Position numbers and translations under genes: made by a program. From NCBI GenBank assembly GCA_014379105.1, contig JACMML010000038.1, positions 1 through 59,641 of the forward strand: a DNA stretch of 59,641 nucleotides, given 5' to 3'. Every line of letters starts with the position of its first letter. Position 1 is the first letter of the stretch. This document shows, in pieces, positions 1 through 8,396 of the stretch. The notes beneath the pieces are model-generated. The model saw nothing but the letters and a program-made list of their open reading frames with translations. It was not told the DNA's origin and searched no databases. The stretch comes from Phycisphaerae bacterium (GTDB lineage: Bacteria > Planctomycetota > Phycisphaerae > Tepidisphaerales > Tepidisphaeraceae).

Positions 1-1194
1 GAATTTCAGACAACGATCCTCGCAGGCAGCGACCGCATCCGCGTTGCAGACCAGAAAATCTTCAAGGACCGCTTTGGCCAGATCTCGATCCTCCCTGAGG
101 CGGCTAAAGATTTTGGCGTGCGGGTTCAACCCGTCGCAGTTGAAACACTTGTGCCCATAATCACCGTTCCAGCGCGCGTATCGTACGACACGGAGCGCAT
201 GGCGCACGTCGGCTCCGCCGTCACGGGGCGCGTGTCTGATCTGAAAGTCCGTCAAGGAGATCATGTAAAGCGCGGCGACGCGCTGCTGGTTGTCGATAGC
301 CCGGAACTTGGCGAAGCGCAAAGCGAATTCCTCCAGCGCCGCACGATGATCGCCACAGCGACGCCCGCCGTCGCACTGGCGCAGAGTGCATTTGATCGTG
401 CGCAGCAGTTGTTCGACAAGAGCCAGGGTATTGCGCTCACCGAAGTGCATAAGCGTCAGGCGGAACTGCAGAATGCGCAGGGCGCACTGTCCACCGCGCA
501 GGCATCGCTGACCGCCGCCGGCAGCAAGCTCGCGCTGCTGGGCATGGATGACCAGGACATCAAGACGCTCGAAGACTCCGGCAAGATCACCTCCATGTAC
601 ACCATCCGCGCCGCGATTGACGGCCAGGTGATTCGCCGCGCGGTCACGCTCGGAGAGCTTGTTTCCCCGGATCGCGACTCATTGTTGGTGCTCGCCGACA
701 CCACGAGCGTGTGGGTGATCGCCGAAGTGCCCGAAGCAAAGTTGAAGGACGTGGCAGTTAGCGCGACTGCGAAAGTAACACTGGCTGCGTTGCCCGGCGA
801 AACCTTCGACGGAACAGTGTCCTTCATCGCGCCTGAACTGGATGAAGCCACTCGAAGCGCGCGCGTCCGTATCGTGGTCAAGAACGACAAAGCCCGCCTG
901 CGCCCGGGCATGTTCGCCAATGTACAGATCTCGTCCGGGGCAACATCCACAACTCAGCAGGCATTGGCGGTGCCGGACTCCGCGGTGCAAACGATCGGAG
1001 GGCAGACCGTCGTCTTCGTACCGATGGCCGACAAGCCTGACACGTATCTCAAGCGCGTCGTTACGCTCGAACCCACTGTCGGCGGGCTGTGGCCGGTGCG
1101 GTATGGCCTGTTCGAAGGCGAACAGATCGTGACCTCAGGCAGCTTCATCATGAAGGCGGAACTCGGCAAGGTTGGCGCGGAGCACGGGCATTGA
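1..1194 (+). CDS. Efflux RND transporter periplasmic adaptor subunit (HlyD/CusB-CzcB-like), 5'-truncated by window edge
   Basis: Frame 1 has no stop from nt 1 up to the GTG listed at 118, so the gene starts upstream of the window. The product has an adaptor-like layout (coiled-coil segment QSEFLQRR...AELQNAQGAL, then beta-rich C-terminal part). It ends 65 nt upstream of a CusA/CzcA-type pump. Confidence 0.85.
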   Translation, partial: EFQTTILAGSDRIRVADQKIFKDRFGQISILPEAAKDFGVRVQPVAVETLVPIITVPARVSYDTERMAHVGSAVTGRVSDLKVRQGDHVKRGDALLVVDSPELGEAQSEFLQRRTMIATATPAVALAQSAFDRAQQLFDKSQGIALTEVHKRQAELQNAQGALSTAQASLTAAGSKLALLGMDDQDIKTLEDSGKITSMYTIRAAIDGQVIRRAVTLGELVSPDRDSLLVLADTTSVWVIAEVPEAKLKDVAVSATAKVTLAALPGETFDGTVSFIAPELDEATRSARVRIVVKNDKARLRPGMFANVQISSGATSTTQQALAVPDSAVQTIGGQTVVFVPMADKPDTYLKRVVTLEPTVGGLWPVRYGLFEGEQIVTSGSFIMKAELGKVGAEHGH

Positions 1195-1259
1195 AATTCC
1201 GCCATGACCATGCGCCCGACCGCGCGATGTAACCCGCGTTAAATATCCAAGGACAGATC

Positions 1260-4200
1260 ATGCTCGAAAGCATCCTCAGCTTCTCAATAAAAAACCGCTG
1301 GCTCGTCTTGCTGTTCACCGTCGGCGTGGCGACGGTGGGCGTCTTCTCATTGCGCAATCTGCCTATCGATGCGGTGCCGGATATCACCAACAACCAGGTG
1401 CAGATCAACACCAGTTTCCGGGCGCTCTCGCCGACCGAGATGGAAAAACAGGTGACATACCCGATCGAGACCGCGCTGGCAGGCATCCCCGGGCTGGAGT
1501 ACACGCGGTCATTGTCGCGCAATGGATTCTCACAGGTCACAGCCGTTTTTGAAGATAGCATTGACATCTACTTTGCCCGCCAGCAGGTGAACGAGCGGCT
1601 CGGCGAAGCGAGCGAACAGTTGCCGCCGGGCGCCGAGCCTCGCATGGGTCCGATCAGTACGGGGCTCGGCGAAGTCTACATGTACACCGTCGAGTATGAA
1701 CACCCCCGCGGCAAGGGCGCGCCTGTGATGCCCGGTCAATCAGGCTGGCAACCCGACGGCACATATCTCACGCCCGAACGCCGGACGCTGAGGAATGATT
1801 TTGAACTGGCAGCATACCTGCGCGAGGTGCAGGATTGGATCATCCGTCCGCAACTCAAGGGCGTAAAGGATGTCGCCGGAGTCGATTCCATCGGCGGGTA
1901 TGTCAAGCAATATCACGTTCAACCCGACCCGATGAAGCTCGTCAGCTACGGCCTGACGTTCAGCGATGTGATCACGGCCTTGGAGGACAACAACCTCAGC
2001 ACCGGCGCGGGCTACGTCGAGCACAAAGGCGAAGGCTACGTCGTTCGCGCCGCCGGGCGCATCTCCAGCGAAGAGGAGCTTGCGGATGTCGTCGTCGGGC
2101 AGAAGAACGGCACGCCGATCTACGTCCGCGACATCGGCATGGTCGGCATAGGAAAGGAAATGCGGACCGGGGCCGCGGGCGAGAATGGTGAAGAAGTCGT
2201 CGTTGGCACAGCGATGATGCTGATCGGCGCGAACAGCCGAACGGTATCGCAGGCCGTTGATGAAAAGATCAATGCCATTAACAAATCGCTTCCACCTGAC
2301 ATTCGTGCAAAGGTGGTCCTGAACCGCATGAAACTGGTCGATGCGACGATAGCGACGGTTACGAAGAATCTGGCCGAAGGAGCCGTCCTGGTCATCGTGG
2401 TGTTGTTCCTTCTGCTGGGCAACATCCGGGCGGCGATCATCTGCGCGCTGGCGATTCCACTATCGATGTTGATGACCGCGTTTACCATGACGCAGAACAA
2501 GATCAGCGGCAACCTGATGAGCCTGGGCGCGATTGATTTCGGCATCATCATCGATGGCGCGGTGATCATAGTCGAGAACTGCCTGCGCGTGCTCGGCGAG
2601 AAGCAGCATCACCTGGGTCGGCGGCTGGCGCTGGCAGAACGGTTGGCAGCCGTCACCGAGGCGACCAGGCAGATGGTCCGGCCGTCGGTCTTCGGACAGG
2701 CAATCATCGTAACGGTGTATCTGCCAATACTGTTCCTCACCGGTGTCGAAGGAAAGATGTTCACGCCGATGGCGATCACCGTCATCATCGCACTGGTCGC
2801 CGCATTCATTCTGTCCCTCACGTTCATACCGGCGATGGTGGCACTACTGGTCAGCGGAAAGGTGAGTGAGAAAGAGAACTTCGCGGTGCGTGGCGTGAAG
2901 CGCGTCTACACCCCTGTTTTAGAATGGGCGGTGCGCGCACGGTGGGTGGTCGTGCCCGCGGCGGTAGCGATCTTCATCGCATCGCTGCTGCTCTTCACCC
3001 GTCTTGGGCAGGAATTCGCGCCGACGCTTGACGAACAAGATATCGCGATGCACGGCCTGCGGATCCCGAGTACGGGTCTGACACAGTCCATGGAGATTCA
3101 GACGCACATCGAGAAGGCCGTGCGAAGTATCCCCGAAGTTGCATTTGTCTATTCCAAAACCGGCACAGCGGAGATGGCGTCGGACCCGATGCCGCCGAGC
3201 ACATCCGACAACTTCATCATCCTCAAACCCCGATCCGAATGGCCAAATCCCCGCATCGACAAAGCCGATGTCGTGCGCCGGATTGATGAAGCCGTCTCGA
3301 GAGTACCAGGCAGCAAGTACGAATTCCTCCAGCCGATCCAGATGCGATTCAATGAACTCATCGCCGGCGTACGCAGCGACGTGGCGGTCAAAGTGTTTGG
3401 CGACGAGTTCGATCAACTCGTACCGCTGGCCGAACAGATGATGAAGGTGCTCGAAAGTGTTCCCGGTGCATATGATGCGCAGGTCGAACAGACCGAAGGG
3501 CTGCCAGTGATGAGCATCGAGATCGACCGGCGTGCCATGGCCCGTTACGGCATTAGCGTGAAGGACGTGCATGACATCATCGCCACCGCGATCGGCGGGC
3601 GCGAGACAGGGCTTGTATTTGAAGGCGATCGTCGCTTCCAATTGCTCGTGCGGCTGCCGGATGAAATGCGTGAGGATATCGCGGCGATTCGCGAGTTGCC
3701 GATACCGCTTCGGGCACACGAGGGGTCGAATTCTGACGCGCTCATGGCGTCGGCGGCTGACGACTTTTCGGGCGCAGGTTCCCGCCCCGGCTATATCCCG
3801 CTGTCGTCGGTCGCGAGTGTCGTTCTCACCGAAGGTCCGAACCAGATCAGCCGCGAGAACGGCAAACGCCGCGTCGTCGCACAAGCGAACGTACGCGGCC
3901 GCGATATTGGCTCGTTTGTCGCCGAGGCGCAAAGGCGGATCGACGCCGAAGTGAAACTCCCACCCGGTTACTACATCGACTGGGGCGGACAGTTTGAAAA
4001 CCTGATGGCTGCACGCCAGCGGCTGATGATCGTCGTCCCCATCTGCTTCTTCCTCATCTTCCTGCTGCTGTTCAGCACGTTTAACTCGGTCAAGTATGCA
4101 CTAATGGTCTTCACCGGGGTACCGCTCGCGCTCACCGGCGGAATCGTAGCGCTGTGGCTGCGCGACATGCCGTTCAGCATCACGGCCGCAGTCGGGTTCA

Positions 4201-4544
4201 TCGCACTCTCGGGCGTAGCAGTGCTCAACGGGCTGGTGATGGTGACATTCATCAACCAGTTGCGAAGCGAAGGGGTGACTTTACACGAAGCCATCGTGCG
4301 CGGCTCGCTCACTCGGATGCGTCCGGTGCTGATGACGGCGCTTGTCGCAGCCTTGGGCTTCGTGCCGATGGCGATCGCGACCGGCACAGGCGCCGAAGTG
4401 CAACGTCCGCTGGCGACAGTGGTGATCGGCGGGATCGTTTCATCCACGCTGCTCACCCTTGTCGTGCTGCCGGCGCTGTATCGGATGTGGAGCCGCGATA
4501 ATCCGGGCGCGGCGATCGGCGCGCCCGTAGTGGGCGCGCATTGA
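1260..4544 (+). CDS. CusA/CzcA family heavy-metal efflux RND transporter
   Basis: 1094-aa polytopic protein. The N-terminus (SIKNRWLVLLFTVGV...LPIDAVPDITNNQVQI) and the two large periplasmic loops flanked by TM bundles are typical of HME-RND pumps. It directly follows the adaptor gene. Confidence 0.95.
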   Translation: MLESILSFSIKNRWLVLLFTVGVATVGVFSLRNLPIDAVPDITNNQVQINTSFRALSPTEMEKQVTYPIETALAGIPGLEYTRSLSRNGFSQVTAVFEDSIDIYFARQQVNERLGEASEQLPPGAEPRMGPISTGLGEVYMYTVEYEHPRGKGAPVMPGQSGWQPDGTYLTPERRTLRNDFELAAYLREVQDWIIRPQLKGVKDVAGVDSIGGYVKQYHVQPDPMKLVSYGLTFSDVITALEDNNLSTGAGYVEHKGEGYVVRAAGRISSEEELADVVVGQKNGTPIYVRDIGMVGIGKEMRTGAAGENGEEVVVGTAMMLIGANSRTVSQAVDEKINAINKSLPPDIRAKVVLNRMKLVDATIATVTKNLAEGAVLVIVVLFLLLGNIRAAIICALAIPLSMLMTAFTMTQNKISGNLMSLGAIDFGIIIDGAVIIVENCLRVLGEKQHHLGRRLALAERLAAVTEATRQMVRPSVFGQAIIVTVYLPILFLTGVEGKMFTPMAITVIIALVAAFILSLTFIPAMVALLVSGKVSEKENFAVRGVKRVYTPVLEWAVRARWVVVPAAVAIFIASLLLFTRLGQEFAPTLDEQDIAMHGLRIPSTGLTQSMEIQTHIEKAVRSIPEVAFVYSKTGTAEMASDPMPPSTSDNFIILKPRSEWPNPRIDKADVVRRIDEAVSRVPGSKYEFLQPIQMRFNELIAGVRSDVAVKVFGDEFDQLVPLAEQMMKVLESVPGAYDAQVEQTEGLPVMSIEIDRRAMARYGISVKDVHDIIATAIGGRETGLVFEGDRRFQLLVRLPDEMREDIAAIRELPIPLRAHEGSNSDALMASAADDFSGAGSRPGYIPLSSVASVVLTEGPNQISRENGKRRVVAQANVRGRDIGSFVAEAQRRIDAEVKLPPGYYIDWGGQFENLMAARQRLMIVVPICFFLIFLLLFSTFNSVKYALMVFTGVPLALTGGIVALWLRDMPFSITAAVGFIALSGVAVLNGLVMVTFINQLRSEGVTLHEAIVRGSLTRMRPVLMTALVAALGFVPMAIATGTGAEVQRPLATVVIGGIVSSTLLTLVVLPALYRMWSRDNPGAAIGAPVVGAH

Positions 4545-4571
4545 TTGTCGCAGACGGTTCAGAGGACTGGT

Positions 4572-6056
4572 TTATTCCGCGGAGTATGCGTCGAGGATCC
4601 GCTTGATGACATTGCTGGTGGATCGGCCGTCGATCAGTGGCGCCAGTGCGACGTGGCCGCCTCGGGCTTCGACTAGCTCCCAGCCGACGACCTGCTGCTT
4701 GGCGTAATCCGCGCCTTTGACCAGCACGTCCGGCTGTACCAGCTTGATCAGATCCAGCGGCGTGTCGCTGTCGAATTTGATCAGGTAATCGATGCTCTCG
4801 AGCTCTTCGAGCACGCCGATGCGGTCGTCTTCATTCACCCCGGGGCGTTTCTCCCCTTTGAGTCGACGGTTGCTGGCATCGGTGTTGACGCCGACCACCA
4901 GCACGTCTCCCTGGGCTTTTGCGAATTGGAAATACTTCACGTGGCCGAGGTGGACCAGATCAAAACAGCCATTGGTGAACACGATCCGTCGGCCGGCGCG
5001 GCGGTGCGTTGCCAGCTCGGTCATTAGAGAATCGTGGCTGCGTTCCTTACCCGCGTGCTGGCGCTGCTCGCTTTGCAGATCGGCGATGATCTCGTCGCGC
5101 GTGATCGGCACGCAGCCGAGCTTTTCCACCTCGAGCCCGCCGACGACATTCGCCAGCTCCACCGCCTCGTGCCAGTCGGCCCCGCTGGCGCTGGACATCG
5201 CCAGCGCCGCCAGCACCATGTCGCCGGCCCCGGTCGCGTCGGCCACCTGGCGCGGGCGCGACGCCAGCAATTCGCGCTTGCCGTCGCGCAGCGCGAGATA
5301 GCTGCCTTTGTCGTTCATCGTGATGACCACCGCGTGCAGGTCCAGCGTCTCCAGCAGCAATGCCGCGGCCTTCTCGCACGATTCGGCATCGGTGATCTTC
5401 AATCCAGTGGCTTTTTCGGTCTCCGGGCGGTTGAGTTTGATCAGCGTGGCGCCGAGGTATTTGCCGTAATCACTTAGCCGGGCGGGATCGATCAGCACTG
5501 GGATGTTTTTAGATTTCGCCAACGCGATAAGCCGCTGTGTGAGCGATTCGGTGAGAACGCCTTTGTTGTAATCCTCGAGGCACAGCACGGCCGCGGCGTC
5601 GAGGGCGTTTTGGGCGGCGTTGAATAGCCGGTCCTCGGTCGCGCGATCCACCGGCTGCGTGTCTTCGATATCCAGCCGGATCATCTGCTGGGCCGTGCGG
5701 TCCTCGCTGGACCCCAGCAGCCGCACCTTCTCCACCGTCGGCCGATCGCAGCGCACGAGCCCGGCGCTGTCACAGCCAAAGGCGCTGATGCGCTCACACA
5801 GGCTCTCCCCGGCCCGATCATTCCCGCACACGCCAATGGCGGACACCCTGGCCCCCAGCGTCGACAGACCCGCCAGTACAAACCCCGCCCCACCCAGCCG
5901 AATCTCTTCGCGCCGAAACCGCAGCACGGGAATCGGCGCTTCCGGCGACACGCGATCGGTCGATCCGAAGATGTACCGATCAATCATGAAATCGCCGACC
6001 AGAACGACTTTCGGCGATGAAAACCCTTGAACAATCTCGACTAAACTGGCTGCCAT
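4572..6056 (-). CDS. hldE: Bifunctional D-glycero-beta-D-manno-heptose-7-phosphate kinase / heptose-1-phosphate adenylyltransferase
   Basis: 494 aa. N-terminal PfkB-type sugar kinase half (GDFMIDRY...EAPIPVL...GGAG). C-terminal cytidylyltransferase half with FTNGCFDLVHLGHVKYF (HxGH-type motif). Confidence 0.93.
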   Translation of the reverse strand: MAASLVEIVQGFSSPKVVLVGDFMIDRYIFGSTDRVSPEAPIPVLRFRREEIRLGGAGFVLAGLSTLGARVSAIGVCGNDRAGESLCERISAFGCDSAGLVRCDRPTVEKVRLLGSSEDRTAQQMIRLDIEDTQPVDRATEDRLFNAAQNALDAAAVLCLEDYNKGVLTESLTQRLIALAKSKNIPVLIDPARLSDYGKYLGATLIKLNRPETEKATGLKITDAESCEKAAALLLETLDLHAVVITMNDKGSYLALRDGKRELLASRPRQVADATGAGDMVLAALAMSSASGADWHEAVELANVVGGLEVEKLGCVPITRDEIIADLQSEQRQHAGKERSHDSLMTELATHRRAGRRIVFTNGCFDLVHLGHVKYFQFAKAQGDVLVVGVNTDASNRRLKGEKRPGVNEDDRIGVLEELESIDYLIKFDSDTPLDLIKLVQPDVLVKGADYAKQQVVGWELVEARGGHVALAPLIDGRSTSNVIKRILDAYSAE

Positions 6057-6097
6057 AAGGGTCTAATATACACTCGACCGCCACCCGACGCCGCAGA

Positions 6098-6616
6098 TCA
6101 CCGCGACGCATTGGACTCGAATTCGATATTACCCTGCTTGAAATCCTGGTAATACAAGCGGCATCTAGTGATCAATTCATAGTACACTGATTCAATGATC
6201 GGGAAACGGTCCTCAAATCTCTCACGTAATCTGTCCCACCAATCGGCCATAACGTCGGGTGAGAAATCAGGCCCGACATCCAGCCGGGCATTGGCAAAAT
6301 CCAGAAGGTAAGGCGGGGTGACGATCGACATCTCGATCGCCAGCAAGTCATCGCTATACCCGAGCATCTCCGGTACGGTGAATTGTTGAATCTTCTTGAT
6401 CCTGCGATTTTTCAGTCGCTTATAAGCCATTACCTCTCGTCGGTAGTTTTCAGCATTACTGTGAATCTTGATGGCGTGAGTCAATATAAGGGGCGATACG
6501 AAGACAACCCCGGCGATTCCATAACCGAGAACTTCCAAAGGGCCGGCGGTGCCGATATATTGCTGGGCAGACTCTTTCGCCTTGGGATGGATAAGATTGA
6601 AGCCTCCGGAAGACAC
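6098..6616 (-). CDS. Hypothetical protein, minimal protein-kinase-like fold (truncated after catalytic loop)
   Basis: 172 aa. Gly-rich stretch LGYGIAGVVF, AIKI (VAIK-like Lys), then YYQDFKQGNIEF resembling the D-x-K-x-x-N catalytic loop only about 10 aa from the stop. No DFG or activation segment. Lies in an AT-richer stretch: hand count of 6121-6180 gives 23/60 G+C. Confidence 0.55.
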   Translation of the reverse strand: MSSGGFNLIHPKAKESAQQYIGTAGPLEVLGYGIAGVVFVSPLILTHAIKIHSNAENYRREVMAYKRLKNRRIKKIQQFTVPEMLGYSDDLLAIEMSIVTPPYLLDFANARLDVGPDFSPDVMADWWDRLRERFEDRFPIIESVYYELITRCRLYYQDFKQGNIEFESNASR

Positions 6617-6978
6617 TATTCGATACTCCGCTGAGGTCGGCCTGTGGCTCGACTGCTTCGACTTCGGAAAATTTCCGCTTGCTCAGGCAGCATCCACGTT
6701 CGTCGTGACATGTTCACCGCAAGTCGTACCCGCCTGCGACGCAATGCTCATCGTAACCATTGACGGCCGCGAGTATAAAAGGCCTGTTACACTCGTCGGT
6801 GGCATGGGTGCGGATAGTACCGAAGCAATGATACTGGATCGCGATGATATCTCGCCGTTCTAATCACGGCCAGAATTGCAATACCCACTCCGCTGGATAC
6901 ATCTGCATCCGTCGCTTTTGCTAAAATGAACTTAAAAAAGATGCCGCATCTGCCTTTGTAGATGTCGGTAAAGGCAAC

Positions 6979-7869
6979 TCATCTCCCCAAATGCCGCGCC
7001 AATGCCGCGATCAGCGGATCCGCGTCGGTATCGAAAATATCGTTGTGATCACTATACGGTTGATAAAGCGTCGTCACCGGGCTGGTGGCTCGGGCGGCCA
7101 GGGTACGGGACATTTCCGGTGGGATCGTGGTGTCGCGCTGGCCGTGGATGAGGAGGATTGGGCACTGGACCTGTGCGATCTTGTCGATGCTGCGAAACGG
7201 GTGCCGCAGTATCAGCGACACGGGCAGAAACGGGGCAGTGTGGCGGCCCATATCGGCCATGCTGGTGTAGGCGGAAATCGTCGTCAGCGATCTTGGCCGC
7301 ACGCGCGCGGCAAGATCGATCGCGACTCCACTGCCGAGTGACCAGCCGACAATGTGCAATTGGCTGTGATCAATATCCGTGCGAGATTGCAGATATTTCC
7401 AACACGTGTCGGCGGCCGCGAACAGCGATGCCTCCGATGGCACTCCGCCGCTCATGCCGTAGCCTGGATAATCGGGCGTCAGCACGTTGCACCCGAGCTG
7501 TTGGAAAATGTAGATCACCCCGCCGGTGGTCCGGGCGCATTGGCCGTTGCCATAGAAGACCAGCACCGTCGGCGCGGCCGCGGGATCAACTCGCGCCGCC
7601 AAGTCATACCGCGCGACAATCGGCGTGCCGTCGGCGAGATTCAGTCTGATCAATCGCGTAGTCGGCGCCTCGGCGACAACCGCATCCGCCCGCCCCTGCG
7701 TGGCCTTGCCGGGGAAGATTATCTGATCCTGAAGAAAGTAAAACGCCGCGCACAGTACGAGGTATACGACGCAGACAATCGCCGCTAGCCGGCGCAGATA
7801 AACGAGAGGACGGGCGCGTTGCGGTGTGTTTGGCGGTGTCATGGTTTCTTGCGTCATGGTTTTCTTCAC
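6979..7869 (-). CDS. Alpha/beta hydrolase (membrane-anchored, BEM46-like)
   Basis: 296 aa. N-terminal TM segment (LAAIVCVVYLVLCAAFYFL), nucleophile elbow GWSLGSG, later HGQRD and a C-terminal DH pair consistent with a Ser-Asp-His triad. Confidence 0.85.
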   Translation of the reverse strand: MKKTMTQETMTPPNTPQRARPLVYLRRLAAIVCVVYLVLCAAFYFLQDQIIFPGKATQGRADAVVAEAPTTRLIRLNLADGTPIVARYDLAARVDPAAAPTVLVFYGNGQCARTTGGVIYIFQQLGCNVLTPDYPGYGMSGGVPSEASLFAAADTCWKYLQSRTDIDHSQLHIVGWSLGSGVAIDLAARVRPRSLTTISAYTSMADMGRHTAPFLPVSLILRHPFRSIDKIAQVQCPILLIHGQRDTTIPPEMSRTLAARATSPVTTLYQPYSDHNDIFDTDADPLIAALARHLGR

Positions 7870-7893
7870 GGTTGCGCGCGCCCCTGAGTGCGA

Positions 7894-8187
7894 TCAGTGA
7901 CGATTGAATGGCCATCCGTCATTCCGCCACTCCCATACGATGAAAGCCACGACGGTCAGTGACGCGAGCAACCGGCCGGCTTTTCGCGGCAAAAACCACA
8001 TTATGAAAACCACGATAACGCCAATCACTGCAAGCCTCAGAAAAGCGGACGCAATGGGACGCCGTTCGCCAAATGTTGATTCGTTGTAGCACTCGACCGC
8101 CTTGCGCCGCTCAATCTCAGAATTTCCCTCGTGCACATGCTCTTGCGGTGGGGACGAGTAGTCGAGGATTGGCTTCGGACGCTCCAC
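7894..8187 (-). CDS. Small hypothetical membrane protein
   Basis: 97-aa ORF with two hydrophobic segments (FLRLAVIGVIVVFIMWFL, LLASLTVVAFIVWEW). No recognisable domain. Confidence 0.45.
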   Translation of the reverse strand: MERPKPILDYSSPPQEHVHEGNSEIERRKAVECYNESTFGERRPIASAFLRLAVIGVIVVFIMWFLPRKAGRLLASLTVVAFIVWEWRNDGWPFNRH

Positions 8188-8396
8188 GGATCACGCTCAC
8201 AATACTGTGACGAGTTCGAACTGGTGACGCAATCGGATCATTAACTCTCATTTAAGAAGGACTCAATCCATGCTTGCGCGATCCATTTTCAGTTTGTCGC
8301 CAAGCCCAATCCGCTGTCAAGAAACTTCCGGACCAACTACTTGACATCCCGCCTAAATCGGATCAAATAGTCCTTTGATATACGGCGGAGCCAGTC

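Noticed and set aside
6549-6863. 104-aa plus-strand ORF in the AT-richer gap after the kinase-like gene.
   Set aside because: Its first 22 codons overlap the kinase-like gene on the other strand. No in-frame ATG, GTG or TTG lies near the gene boundary, and no motif was recognised. It is not supportable as a gene from sequence alone.
8341-8396. Sigma70-like promoter (TTGACA at 8341) upstream of the Pat-type gene.
   Set aside because: There is no convincing -10 hexamer at 16-18 nt spacing, and planctomycete promoter consensus is poorly known. The evidence is too weak to annotate.
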